This document shows positions 13,195 through 26,300 of a stretch of 64,000 bases of DNA, one piece after another. The stretch is from the NCBI RefSeq assembly GCF_000143415.4, contig NW_003314360.1, positions 594,486-658,485 of the forward strand. Direction: 5' to 3'. Both the position numbers and the translations under genes were made by a program. The first letter of the stretch is position 1. The number at the start of each line of letters is the position of its first letter. The notes beneath the pieces were generated by a model. The model worked only from the letters and a program-made list of their open reading frames with translations. It did not search any database and had not been told where the DNA came from. The DNA is from Selaginella moellendorffii (lineage: Eukaryota > Plantae > Lycopodiophyta).

Positions 13195-14050
13195 AGTACT
13201 TGGTGAATGTATCTCCAGGACAACCATGGATGAAGATGAGGTTGATACAGTGGCAACACTTTTAGGCAATCTTGTTGCATACCGTGCTGCCGGTGCAAGC
13301 CAACTTGAGTTTCTCGCTGGTAAAGATTCATGGATAGAACTTGCAAGCAAGCGTTTTTATCTTTCTTTGTTTCTACAGGTGTTGCTCTTTTGAGAACTCA
13401 CAAGTCCAAGCCTCCAGTTCCCAAAGATTTCCCTCCATCTCTCAGTTCGCTGGTCATAGAAGCTGCTCTTCTCCATCCATATGCCGCGGCCGCGTACACG
13501 GTAGCTTCAAAGAGTTCTCTTGCTGATCTTCCCAAGGTCCATTGCTGGACATTGGACGCACACTGCTGCTCTTTCCATGTGTACCAGCAAGGACTCCTCA
13601 GCTTATGGAACTGCATAAGGTAGCTCGAGTTTTTCTTTCATCTCCAAGAAACAGCTAACTAAGCTTTGGCTTGTAGGAGCCTAAGTGTTGATGGTGATAA
13701 TTGGTGGCAAGGCCATGCAACTGCATTTCTTTGTGCTGCTCACCTCCCAGCCGAGGTGCTCTTGAAAGGAAGGATTCACCAGGTTTGATGTTTGTACCAT
13801 CACAAGCTTCCCACAAGCTGACTTGGTCACTCACTATTTCAGAGAAACCGAGAGACAGTCTACTTTGTGATTGAGTTGAAGGAACTCAAGTTGGTTGTTG
13901 TCGCTATTCGTGGGACTGAAACACTGGACAGATGGTCTGGGACGTGAATGCATCCTTGCTAATGCTGATTTTCAGGGATTGTTCAAGTAGTGCTCTGCTC
14001 TCATTCCCTTCTCGTTGTCAAATCCTCACTATGGCCATGCCGGTGTGGTG
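13195..14050 (+). pseudogene. Class 3 lipase (diacylglycerol lipase-like) gene remnant with short introns
   Basis: Exon peptides DEDEVDTVATLLGNLVAYRAAGASQLEFLAG, EAALLHPYAAAAYT, YFVIELKELKLVVVAIRGTET and HYGHAG. GT-AG introns of ~55-60 nt. Frames are broken and the gene is truncated. Confidence 0.65.
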
Positions 14051-14623
14051 GTAGACAGCCCCAAAGATAATCCCACACTTTCAGGTTTGGAAAGAAAAAA
14101 GGGCTTGCTCTTTGGATCATCAAAATTTATCTTTTTGACTTATAAATCGGCTACTCATCAATCTCTTTTCATTCTGACAGGGTGCTTATGAGTCTGTTCC
14201 TAACTACATCACCCAGTTTCGAGCATACTGGAAGTAGTGTTGGGATTGCAGAGTGGTCCAAGATGAGCAACAAGGGATCACGGCATTCACAGCGGGTCTG
14301 CATGGAAACTTGCAGCCAAGACTTCTTAAGAAGATATTTAGGTCTTGTCGTGAGGCATTTTCGTTTGCCACGAAGCTAGAAAGAGCGCTTCTTATCGACT
14401 TGGGGATTGCTAGAGTTGATTTCAACCAAGTCATCACCCTGTTAGAGTCACAACACTACTTCAAGCTTCACCCAGAGCTTCGACCTCCACCTTCTTAACG
14501 TGTCCAGCAACATCCCTTTGCTAACAATTCCACATCGTCTCAGGGTCCAGAGACATATCAAGAGTAGTTGGAGCAACAAGCAATTGAGGTAGCCCCTTTG
14601 TCAAGAAAAAGCAAGGCACCAGC

Positions 14624-14914
14624 TGTAAGGTACCAACTTCCCGAAGTGTCGAAGGCTAAAGGATCCCTAAAAGCACGACTAAAATGATGAAAAGTTCATC
14701 GGATGAAACCGGGTCCGAGATCGAGTCCGAGATCGACTCTCAGACCGAGTTTGAGACCGAGTTCGAGACTGAGTTCGAGACCGAGTCCGAGATCCGATAT
14801 CGGGTCCAAGACCGAGTCCAAGATCAAGTCCGAGACAGAGTTTGAGGTCGGGTCTGAGATCGAGTCTGAAGTCGAGTCCGAGATCAGGTCCAAGACCGAG
14901 TCCGAATACTAATA
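14624..14914 (+). mobile_element. Truncated LTR fragment (same family as the solo LTR at 48679-49825), ending abruptly in telomeric repeats
   Basis: TGTAAGGTACCAACT matches the reverse complement of the 49825 end. Contains the hexamer array. Stops at AATACTAATA followed by TTTAGGG. Confidence 0.85.
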
Positions 14915-14963
14915 TTTAGGGTTTAGGGTTTAGGTTTAGGATTTAGGCGCATTTAGGCATTTA
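14915..14963 (+). repeat. Interstitial telomeric tract plus degenerate TTTAGGCGC units (LINE-A tail)
   Basis: TTTAGGGTTTAGGGTTTAGGTTTAGGATTTAGGCGCATTTAGGCATTTA. Confidence 0.92.
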
Positions 14964-15007
14964 TGAACCTGCTGCAATCCGGCGAGATCGCTAAACATGT
15001 ATGTACA

Positions 15008-15735
15008 GTACCCCAGTCCGAAAGGGATCAAAACAACATTGAGAGTGCACTTTCAGAGATACTAGCGAAGCTACGAGCACGAACGCCCAGCGTTACTCTT
15101 GGGCGATCTGCCTCCCAGGTGACTCCACCGCGAAGCTTGAAGCCACCTGCTACACTCCATGACCAGCACAACTTGTCACGGAGCGCTCCACCACCAACGT
15201 GCCTCCAGTGCCAAAACAACGTCCAAACGCGATAATACTCCAACACATAGCTCCATGCAAGGTGTGAACGTCCTCCAACTTGAAGTTGGAGTGTGCTACC
15301 TTGCCTCCCACATGAGAAAAGTGCGCTACCTCATCTTCGCTAGAGTCCTAGCCCTGCAATAGGGACTAGGAAAGGGTATGAACCTCCTCCTAAGGGAGCA
15401 AAGCTCTAGAACAGGCGTTGGAGAAGAGATGTATGGATCCCATACGCGTGTACCATCGAATCAAATCCATTGGCTGCTGGTCCCAACTGTGGCAGCAGTC
15501 CTTGCCACTAGATCCAAAAATCCTCCCTTCCCAATTGTCCTAAAAGCGAGACACCATGCATGGTCTTCCAAAGAGAATCTAGAAAGCTGGGAACTTTTTC
15601 AAGTCCCAGCTACTCCAAGTCACCTCTAAAGTGACATCTAGCTCCACCAATCCTTGACATCTACCATCGCTGTCACGCATCAAGGCAAGCAAGATCACAT
15701 ATATCTTGGCAAAGAGCTCCATTTCCAGAGCTTTT
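15008..15735 (-). mobile_element. 728-bp insertion (probable 5'-truncated LINE 3' end) flanked by 18-bp direct repeats
   Basis: GCTAAACATGTATGTACA at 14990-15007 and 15736-15753. Trp-rich minus-strand peptides (MWEAR, VWTLFWHW) resemble an L1 ORF2 C-terminus. Confidence 0.7.
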
Positions 15736-18700
15736 GCTAAACATGTATGTACATTCCCCATGTCCCAAAGGGACTAATACAAAAACTGGGCGTGTTGCCC
15801 TCTCAATGATCTACTCTATGTGATCCTCCTGTGGGCACCACTGCCAGCGAATCTCGCCACCTCCCAGTCTGCCGAAGCATGGGAGCCACTTGGATCTCCA
15901 CTCCTCGAGCTGCCTCGGTTTCGCCTGCTCTTTCAGGATGGTGTAGTGAAGACATACCGCTGCAAGAGTGAGTCTCCACCACACTGCCACCACTACCAAT
16001 ATTCTCGCTTGTTGCCCATCAAAGCGACAATGGTTCCGTGCCTCCCAGAGTGCTTGCACTCCTGTTGCCCTCCAAATGGACCAGCGCTCATGGCCCATTG
16101 CCTCCCAAATGGACATCCCAACTTCAGCCCCTATCACATCCCACTTGACTCGCATGTTCCATCCGTGTTGTCCGTAGCAACGAATACGCCTCCAAGCTGG
16201 ACCAATGGCTGGACCTCTAACTCCCTCAAACTAGTGGAGGATATCCCCACACTAAGCCTCAAACTCTGGAATGTCTCCGAGTTCCTGCGTTGCCTTGAAG
16301 ATCTGTTGCCATACTTCTCTCGCCACGTCATATTCCCATAGTGCATATCGCACTGTCTCCAGCTCGCCACACTCCTTGCATCGTTGGCATGCTTCTTCTT
16401 GGAACTGCTGTCCTACTGGCAACCCGTTATTTGCCACCAACCAAGAGGTGGCCTTGACTTTCTCCTGTACCGGTAATTTCCAGAACGCAAGCGTGTTGCC
16501 CACCACCTGATTTGCTTCAACTCTTTGCTCGATCCATTTCTTCCAGAGCTTGGGGATCTCCCCTCGGGCCTCCTCCCTGCTAGTCAAGAGACCATCCCTT
16601 GCTTCCTTGATGCCAAAGTAGAAGAAGCTCATCGCTCCTCGTTTCCATGCTGCGGGGTCCCAATCCAGATCCTTGATGAGCTGTTGTCACCACCATCTGA
16701 GAATGCCATCCCCCTCTAGTGTGGCGAACGATTGAACCACCACCGATTGCTTCGGAGCCTGTCGTATTATTCGAATCCTGCCCTTGACTTCGTCGTCCAT
16801 CACCATCGGCATGACTTGTTCATCCCAACATTTTGGTCTGGAGACACAACAAACCACACCTCCACATCTTTGTCCTCCCAAGCTGGTGTTGGGGCCATAA
16901 ACGCACGTGTCCAACTGACTCATTCCCTGTCTGGCTCCACGTCCCATTTGCAGAGCCACAAAGTCTCCAGGTTTAAGACAACACCTAGGCCAAAGCTGCC
17001 CCTTCTTCGCCTCACTCACTGTTTTGATAATGCGAAGAAGATCAAGGTGGACTTTCCTTCACTGTCCCGGGTTAAGGACTTGCATATGTCTCATAGTTTT
17101 CCTCCTATCCTTGTCCAAAACCCGCACCAGTTGCTTGAGAGTTTGGAAGCCTGCGCTATGTAGCTTTCTCCAGATTGTGTAGTGGTCCTCTCTGCGTAAC
17201 GTCCTGTCATCCAGCTTGAAGAGGTCATTGAAGAATAGGGGCTGGTTCAACCAATCCTCCGCTCGCCCTGGCAATTCCCTACTGACTGGAAATGCTCTCC
17301 ATAACCTGAGAAACCCCTGGACCAGAGTGCCACCCTTGACTACTTGCTTCGGTCCCTCGGCAAAGAGCCAACGTGGATCCTCCTCCCACGGTCTTGCAGT
17401 GTTGTGCTTGGGCCAGATTGCCAACAAGTTCTGCCTAAACATGCGTCTCTAAGGCTGGTTACCTAGTTGAAGGGCCATGAGGAGGATTTTGTACCGTAGC
17501 GCCTTCACCATGTCACTCGGATCGATTACTCCAAGTCCCCCCAAGACTTGTGGACGTGTTGTAGATTGCCACGTGACCTTGGCCATGCTCCTCCCTGTGA
17601 CCAGTGCGCCTTGCCACAAATACTGATGAACCATCATGCATACCTTTCTAAGAGTGCATTCTGGGACAAGCCAAATGGAGAGGTGGTACCAGATGCTGGG
17701 CAGAATGATGCTCCTGGCTACTACCACTCTTGCTGGCAAGCCGAGTTTTCGGGGAGCCCACTTCTGGATTGACATTCGTACCCGTCGGAGCAAGGTGTCA
17801 TCCTGGAGAGCTGCACTAAACGAAGTATCAACCTGAACCCCCAAGTACCTATCATCCTCTCCTGGTTTGAGCCACTGGAAGCCGATGCCCTGTCCCCAAG
17901 ATTCAATGCTTGGCTGCCCCCAATTTATGCCCACTGATTTGTTCTAGTTAATTGTTGTGCCAGCCGTGAGGTTGAAAGTCTCCAACGCCTTCTTAGCTGC
18001 ATCCAGGTTCTCTTTAGTCGCGAGTAGGAACAAGGCAGTGTCATCTACAAATGCTCCATCAAGGAGTTCCCGAGTCACCCTTGTGGTTCCTGGAAGTTGT
18101 TGTCTCGCAGCCAGTAGGGTGAGTCCTTTAATGCGCCTGCCTTCCGCTAGAAACGTGCCTAGGGCCTCAACCATAATCAGAAAAAGATAGGGTGCTAGTG
18201 GACACCCTTGGCGTACCAAACGTCCCAGCTAAAAACTCGGTCCCGTCTCGCCATTGATTGTGACTTTGCTTGTGGCTCCTCGGTACAGTAACGAGATCCT
18301 AGCAACCATCTCTCCCAGGATGCCGATCATATGCATGCACTCCTCCAGGAACCTCCAGTCCACTCGATCGTAGGCCTTCTCAAAGTCCAACAGCCATGCT
18401 GCAGTTTGTTGGTCAGAGATCTCTGCCCATCTTTGAGCCAGCAAGTACGTCCAGATATTTTCTACGATTTGCCGCCCTGGAACAAACCCTATCTACTGCT
18501 CCCGGATGATCAACGGCATGATAGCTTGGAGCTTGAGGGTCATTGCTTTGGCGTAGACCTTGTAGGACGTGTTCAGCATGGTGATCAGCCTCTAATTCCT
18601 CAGCTCCTGCAGGTCCCCGTTCTTTGGGATAAGCGCAATCTGGACCTCGAGGATCTCATGAGGCAAGGTCCCATCACGTTGAGCATCCCACCATGCTTGT

Positions 18701-18842
18701 AGCAGCAGTGGGCCTATGGTCTCCTAGTGCTTCTCAAAGAAAATGGGCAAGAGGCCATCGATACCTGGCTGCTTGTCGTTGTTGAGCTTCCTAAGTGCTT
18801 CCCGAAGCTCCTCCAGTGTGAAGTCTGTCTTCAGTGAGTCGT

Positions 18843-20510
18843 GAAGGGGATGGCTTCCAGCCGGTCCTCCCTTGAACAGTAGGAATGGCAGTCAGGTGGA
18901 TTCCGCCTAAGCGGGAATTAAGTTCCATAGAGGTGGGAGATTGGCTGATGTGCTGCGGGAACACAGCCTTCCCAGAGGTCGTCACCATTGGAGACTACCA
19001 AACATGCATGGAGAGTGCTATCACTGAGTGGATGGGCTTTGTGAAATACACTGTCCAAGGCTTCTCCTGGACAAAGTACAGGGGGAAGATGACTACAGTG
19101 TGGACCATCTCCACAGAATGGAGGGCGAGACCCCGTAACTCCGCACTTTCTTGGAAGTACGTGGCTCCATGACAACACTCACGATCATCACCTGGAACTG
19201 CCAGGGACTCAGCTGGACCAGCAGTCAACTCAACAACAGGGCGCAGCTCAAGTCCCACATCCGTGAGATCAGCTTAGAAGGAGACATCGACATCCTGTGC
19301 CTACAAGAGCACAAAATGACAGTGGCCCCAAACTACACCTTTGGAATGAGGGGATGACTCTGGTTGAACCCGGCTATGCAAGTAGTGGCCAGACCAAGAG
19401 GTGGCACAGCAGTGGTAGTCTCAACCAAATGGTCTGCCCAGGTACGAAACCACCTTGTCTTGGTCCCAGGAAAGGCTCAGCTGCTCGTCCTGCACCTCCA
19501 CTTTGGATGGGTGGGGATAATCAATGTTTATGCACCAACGAAGAAAGGGAGACATGCAGAATTTTGGCTGAGCATGTTACAGTCTGCCCAGGGGCAAGCA
19601 GATGAATGGCTGGTCCTGGGAGACTTCAACATGGTCGAGGACATCTGTGATCGCAGAGGAATGCAGGAAACAATTCAGCCAAGTGAGCAGGAGCAGTGGA
19701 GTCAGCTCATGGATGTGTTGGGGCTCATGGACCTTCAACATGCTGCGGGATTCGCACCTCATGCTCACCCTTTTACAAGGCGGCAAACAGTTTCCTCCCA
19801 GTCGAGACTGGACCGGATTTACACCTCATCTCGCATACGGCAGGATGGGGGAAGCCTTAAAACATGGCTCGGATTTGCCTCCTCAGATCACGACCCCCTC
19901 AAATGTGTGATCTAGCTCCAAAGGGACAAAGGGACAGCAGTCCAGCGATCAATCACTTGAGCCACGCTGCGAGACCCGGTGGCAATCGGGCTTATACATG
20001 ACGCTCTTGTGCAGAGCAAGATGGGGCTGATCCCAATGCTCCTGTCTTGCTCACAGAAGCTCCGGGCACGCCAGAAGGATCTCAAAGAAGCGGCGATGAA
20101 GGACCTTAGACTGGCCAGGCAGAAGGTGGTAGCAGCACACAGGATGTTGCTGAACACGCAAAATGAGTTCAAGTGGCAAGCAGTACTGGATGAATGCAAA
20201 GCTGAGCTATGCGACTTGGAGTATGCTGCATGGAGCAAGGGCGTCCGGGCCATGGAAGATGGATGGGCCCTCAATGAACGCCTTCTCAACAAGGCTTTCT
20301 TTAGGGGAATCAGGCCAGTGACGGACTCTCCTCCCATTCTAGGACTGAAGCATAGTGACGGGCGGGTTGTCGCGGACCAACAAGGGATGCAACAGCTCGC
20401 CCAGGAGTTTTACCAACTTCTCTATACGGCCCAGCAATGGACTCCAGAGAGGGAAAAGGCGGCGGTGGAAGTGCTTGCATCCCTTCCCCGGCGTGTCCCC
20501 CATGAGTGGA
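18843..20510 (+). pseudogene. Inverted segment of LINE-A: ORF1 end plus APE endonuclease domain of ORF2
   Basis: MTTLTIITWNCQGL, DILCLQEHK, INVYAP, VLGDFN, SRLDRIY and SDHDP read on +, while the flanking parts of the same element read on -. Confidence 0.9.
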
Positions 20511-21872
20511 CATCTATAGTAGGTCCTTCGAACAGTTTGGGCTGCGAGGATGAGCCCAAGAGTGGTGGGGCGACTGGGAAGCGAATGTGGGGAGCTTGGT
20601 CTGGAGGGCGCGCCTTCAAGATCCGCTCCTGCTCTGCGGGTAACTCAAACGGCTTCTAGGAGGCCAACCTGTTCCGCTTGACTGAGCAGGCCTCCTCTCG
20701 GTGTCCAGCACACTGACAAAAGTTGCATCTAGGTTCTGACTTCTCTGTCTGGATCCTGATATACTGGCCCAGCATTGCAATCTCTGTCGGGATTTCAGCC
20801 GGGGCTGACACAAAAACTTTGAGGCGGATGGGACCTAGAACACCCTCTGCTTCTACAGTGTCGAGGCCGGCCGCTATCTGGCCAATACTTCCTTCGACCA
20901 GCTCCTGGATCACCATTGTGATCTGCATTTCCATGGGAACATCCCACAATGTGATGTTCATTGGAAAGCTCCTACCCCTGAGACGTGCCTCGTCCTCTGC
21001 CGTGAACCTCAGGATCCATGGGTGGAATGACACTGCCCAATTCTCGTCAATGAGGCCATGCATGGCCTCCTCTTGAGACCATGCCTCCTCTGTCTCAAAA
21101 ACAACTGTGTAGCAGCCCTTCCCATGTGGCAGCATCTTCTTCATGAGGATTCCCTGTCCTAGCATTGTATTGATCCAATCGTTGGCCATGCGACCTGTTG
21201 GGAACTTCCCCCTGAAAACAGCGATCAATGCCTTCTTATGGAGTTCCTCTTCCTTCTCTGTTACTGCTCTTTGCAGAGTCTCAGCCAGCTTAACAGGGAC
21301 AGCATTTCCTCTCATGTCGTTGTGGACCAAGTCACTTGCACCTTCTCCTACTGCTGCCACCTTGTGCACTTCGGCCTGACCAGGTGTTCCCCCGTTCACG
21401 TTATGTGAGGCGTTCTTCTTGTTGACATCACTGTTCCCATCCGAGGAGTGCAGCGCTTCTACCACCTTTCCACAGCCCCGAGTCTTCCCCACTCTCGACT
21501 GGGCTTTTGCCACCCGCTCAGGTGTGTCAACCTCTTGGTGCTAGTTCACCCAAGTCTCTGTTCTCTTATCTGTGGGGGCATGCTCCTCCTCAAGAAAGGC
21601 TTTAACTGTGTTTGTCCAGGCCGGGTCCTTCTTGGCAAGTGTCAGAGTTTTAAGTTTCCACCGCGTTGCCCGCTTCACTTTCTTCTTCTCACGTTTGGTC
21701 TTCCTCTTGTTGAAGGCATCATGGTCTTGGAACTGAAGTGTGCCATCTGACTATTCATCTAGTGAGCACTCCATCTCTGGCTTTGTTTCCAGCTCTCTGA
21801 GTCCCACTTCAACTGTTGGTGTTGGCGTGGTATCCACCTTGCCACCTTGCTCTTGCACCCAAGCGTCGAAGA

Positions 21873-22076
21873 CAATCCGGTGAGATCGCTGAACATGTAT
21901 GTACATTCCCCATGTCCCCATGGGACTAATACAAAAACTGGGCGTGCCGCCCTCTCAATGAGCTACTCTACATGATCCTCATATGTCGCAGCTGGACCTA
22001 GTCCTAGAGTAGAAGTGGATGTGGTCGTCTCAAGCAAATCATGTCGATGTCCAAGTCTTCTACACAAGCTGACCTT
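21873..22076 (-). mobile_element. LINE-A 3' UTR fragment (inverted copy of 22791-22993)
   Basis: Reverse-complement match to 22791-22993 and direct match to ~55023-55226. Confidence 0.9.
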
Positions 22077-23070
22077 CGAGCAAAAAGTTGAAGCAAATCA
22101 GGTGGTGGGCAACACACTTGCATTCTGGAAACTACCGGTACAGGAGAAAGTCAAGGCCACCTCTTGGTTGGTGGAAAATAACAGGTTGCCGGTAGGATAG
22201 CAGTTCCAGGAAGAAGCATGCCGACGATGCAAGGAGTGTGGCAAGCTGGAGACAGCGCGACATGCACTATGGGAATGCAACGTGGCGAGAGAAGTATGGC
22301 GACAGATCTTCAAGGCGACGCAGGAACTCAGAGACATTCCAGAGTTTGAGGCTCAGTGTGGGGATATCCTCGACTGGTTTGAGGGAGCTAGAGGTCCAGC
22401 CATTGGTCCAGCTTGGAGGCATATTCGTTGCTACGGACGACACGGATGGAACATGTGAGTCCGATGGAACGCGACAGGGGCTGAAGTTGGGATGTCCATT
22501 TGGGAGGCAATGGGCCATGAGCGCTGGTCCATTTGGAGGGCAACAGAAGTGCAGGCACTCTGGGAGGCACGGAACCATTGTCTCTTTGATGGGCAACAAG
22601 CGAGAATATCGGTAGTGGTGGCAGCGTGGTGGAGACTCACTCTTGCAGCGGTGCATCTTCACTACACCATCCTGAAAGAGCGGGCAAAACCGAGGCAGCT
22701 CGAGGAGTGGAGATCCAAGTGGCTCCCATGCTTCGGCAGATTGGGAGGTGGCGAGATTCGCTGGCAGTGGCGCCCCCCGGACTTTGTTCTAAGGTCAGCT
22801 TGTGCAGGAGACTTGGACATCAACATGATTCGCTTGAAACGACCACGTCCACTTCTACTCCAGGACTAGGTCCAGCTGCGACATATGAGGATCACATAGA
22901 GTAGCTCATTAAGAGGGCGGCATGCCCATTTTTTGAATTAGTCCCATGGGAACATGGGGAATGTACATACACGTTCAGTGATCTTGCCGATTGTAGCACC
23001 GTGGGGTGTCTTTGACGCTAAACGCTTAAACACACCTAAACCCTAAACCCTAAACCCTAAGCCCTAAACC
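22077..23070 (+). mobile_element. 5'-truncated LINE-A copy ending in (CCCTAAA)n
   Basis: Reverse-complement homolog of ~15740-16531. ORF2 C-terminus at 22492-22869. 3' UTR, then CCCTAAA repeats at 23035-23070 instead of poly(A). Confidence 0.92.
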
Positions 23071-23349
23071 AGTTTTCAAGTGTGAAGCATATGCGAAAGT
23101 GTATAATTTTTAAGTGCTTCAAAAGCTCAGGTATAACCACTTTCTTTCTTTCTTTCTTTCTTTCTTATGTTGTCACACCACACAAGGCCTCACGCATTTA
23201 CTTTGTGTGGGAAATTCTTGTTAACTTTTTGGTATTGTGGAGCAGATTCCAGCTCTTCATGTGCTGGATATCTGTTGCCCCAATGCAGGAACCACCATTT
23301 CAGAAAGTATTCTGCAAACTTGTTAAACTCAATGCATGGTTTCTCATTA

Positions 23350-26300
23350 CATGTTTGTTTGTTTAACGGGGGGGTTCGTATTTCTTAAGGTGCTGAGTGG
23401 GGCTGGCCAACACATGACCATAACCCTGTTACAAGGATCAAGGAGGTTCAAACGCCAGGAACCAGGCAGGCACGGTCCATTTCCATCTCGGTCGCCCCTG
23501 AATCCATGATCCCATGACCGGGGACCATTCCTGGCATAAGGCTTCCGTCACATCCATCTTGAAGACCGCCATTTTCCACTCCACGGCTGCAGCAGCAGCT
23601 GCTATACTGGAGCTCCAAACGCAGGCCAGCGAGACCTGTTTCGGTACGTCTTCGTTGTCGAACACCTTCTGATTTCGGCTTTTCCAGATTTCCCAGCAAG
23701 TGTTTGTTCTAAGGACGTCCCATGGGCCTCCGGGAAGGTCAGCCAAAATCCCTAGCGGGCTGGCAGTGAGACGCCATCTTGGATTGGTAAGCGCTGGGCA
23801 TGCCCACCAGCCATTTGAGTGTCTCGTACTGCCGGCAACCGCACCCCAGAGAACGCTCTCCCATGACACACTGAGGGGCCATGGTCGGATCCGCTGCAGC
23901 AGCTTGATCACAGCACCCCAAATGGCTCGGACACGGTCACACTCCCAAAGCGCGTGACGGGAGGTCTCTCTCGCCCCACTGAAGTGGCAGGCCGTGGAAG
24001 GAAGGTGTAACTTGGCCAAGAACGGCAGCCGATCTTGGAGTAGTAGCCATAGAAACGGCCTGAGGTGAGCTGGTAGCGGACCTTCCCACAGCGTGGTAGT
24101 GATCCGGTGAAAGTCATCCTCGTGAACTCCTGCCTTCTTCGCTGCAGTCTGAAGTCCCGTAGGAGCAAGCGGTGCTTGTCGTAACCAGGCTCCCCGGACT
24201 GAGTAGGCGAAAAACTCCTCATCAGGAACATCTGCCACCCCAGGCCAAATCCACCTGCCAGGGTCAAATGTGAGAAGAGCTACTGGCTGCATCTGAAACC
24301 AGAAAAAGAGATCCCACTTCCCAGGTTCCGGCCAAGAAGAGGGATCCGGGTATTTGCTGGTGTTGACAACCCGTATCCGCTCTGCTCCCGTGAAGGAGAG
24401 GACGGCCGAAATCTGTGGCGCCGTTATCAGGTAAAGTCGTCCAGGGAAGGGATCCAGCTGAAATCGAATAACTTGGCGATTCTCAGCACTGCGTACAAAC
24501 CAGATCTCTCCGCTGATCACTAACCACTACCCAGGGCGGACGGCCTGTTCGATCTACTGCTGAGAGTAGCTGGTCAGTAGCCTGGTCGAACAGCTGAAAG
24601 AAGTCGTGGAGTCTACACGGGGATACTCGTAAGTGAAACACTTGCAGCATCTCCCTGGCTTTGTCCGCGTCCAAGGCTAGTCCTGCAATTGGCACGAGCT
24701 GTCCAAACCTAGAAATCCCCACGGCCTGTAGCAGCCTAGCCGTGTCATCCAATCCCCTGTTTCCCTGTGCTGCGATTGCCTTGCCATCCACCGTAAAGAC
24801 CGCATTGAGGAAGACTGGCATAGCGTTGAGCTCCTCTATTCTTTCCGGGGGGACATAGCAGAGCTGAGATCTGATCACCTGCCATACCCAAAAGAGTTTC
24901 CCCGAGAACGTGTTGCCTGCACCCGGGAAATTCAAGACTTCCGGGTGAAGTAGCCATGCTTCATCTTGTCCCCAATCTCTGCGCGAGCGATCTCCTCTAT
25001 CCCGGTAGGATGCGTAGAAACCTTGCTCGAAGCATAAGTTTCCACGGCTGAGTGCCTAGTTGTAGGCAGCAAACCACCAGATTTGCTAGGAGCGCCCGAG
25101 CTTGACGTTGAATGTTGATGATACCAAGTCCCCCAGCTGCTCGACCAGCAGTAACCAATTCCCATGCCACTTGGCATCCTCCTCACGCCACTGCCGCTTT
25201 GCCTCGCCACATATACCTGCACAACAGTCCCGCCATCTTTTGTGCCGTTCTCTTGCCAAGTGTTCAGCAGGAAGCCAAAAACCGGACCGCTCCGAGAACC
25301 ACCTGGTTGACAACGATGCTGCGGGCGTAAAGCGAGAGCTTGCGGGACGCCAGTACTGCAGCTGAGAGCGGAGTTTCGTCAAAGCGGCTTCGTCCATTGC
25401 TTTGGCACTGTAAGTCGCGCCTATCTGGAATCCCAGATAGTGTTCTGTCTGCCCCGGCTGAAGCCATCGCAATCCCCAACAGGCTCCTCAGCTAGCCACT
25501 GTGCCCAGAGTGAGTTCAATGCCAGCCGACTTCTGCTAGTTGATCTTCGCTCCAGCTGCCACGTTGAAGAGTTCCAAATCCCGGTAGGTGCAGTCTAAGT
25601 TGGCCTGATCTGCTTGCAATATCAGTGTGCTGTCATCCGCAAACACGCTGGACACCAAGTCCTGTTTCTGGATGTGGAAGTCGCGTAGTTGAGAGTCGCG
25701 ATCCAGTAATTTCAGGCCTCCCCTCCGGTCAAGATAATATCCGAGGGCCTCGGCTACGAAAACGAACAGATAGGGAAGCAAGCGGGCATCCCTGCCTCTC
25801 CGAGCGCTCCAGCTGCAAAGACAGGCCAACCGTTCCATTGATCAGAACCTTACTGCTGGCACCTTGATACAAAGTCGCCGTCCATTGCACGAAAAGTTGC
25901 GGTACTCCCAGTCGGTGCATGGCAGCCTGAAGGAATGCCCAGTCAACTCGGTCGTAAGCTTTCTCATAATCCAGCAGTAGAAAGCAAACGTCCTGTCCCG
26001 AGTCACGAGCAGTTTCCTGGCTCAGGAGTAAAGAGGCAACGTTGTTGAACAGCTGGCGCCCAGGGATGAAGCCATTTTGCGCGTCCCTAACCACTTCGAC
26101 CATCAGCGGCTGAAGGCGGAGGGCCAGTGCCTTAGCCAGGATTTTGTATCCCGTATTCAACATTGTTATCGGTCGCCAGTTACGCAGGTAGGCAAGGTCC
26201 ACTCCCCTCTTCGGTATGAGAGCGATAACGCCGTCCATGTCTCCCTCAGGCCAGCATCCCTCCCTTCTGCACTGCTGAAGGAGCGCTGGGCCCAGCCATG

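Larger units (their letters stand above)
14915..21872 (-). mobile_element. L1-type LINE family A (ORF1 + APE-RT ORF2), degenerate, telomeric-repeat tail, with an internal inversion and a nested insertion
   Basis: ORF1 at 20656-21513 has the knuckle CNFCQCAGHREEAC. RT motifs LLDFEKAYDRVDW, VRQGCPLAPYLF, AFVDD (17944-18444). C-terminal CKECGELET..ALWE and LWEARN. The APE domain is present on the + strand. Confidence 0.92.
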
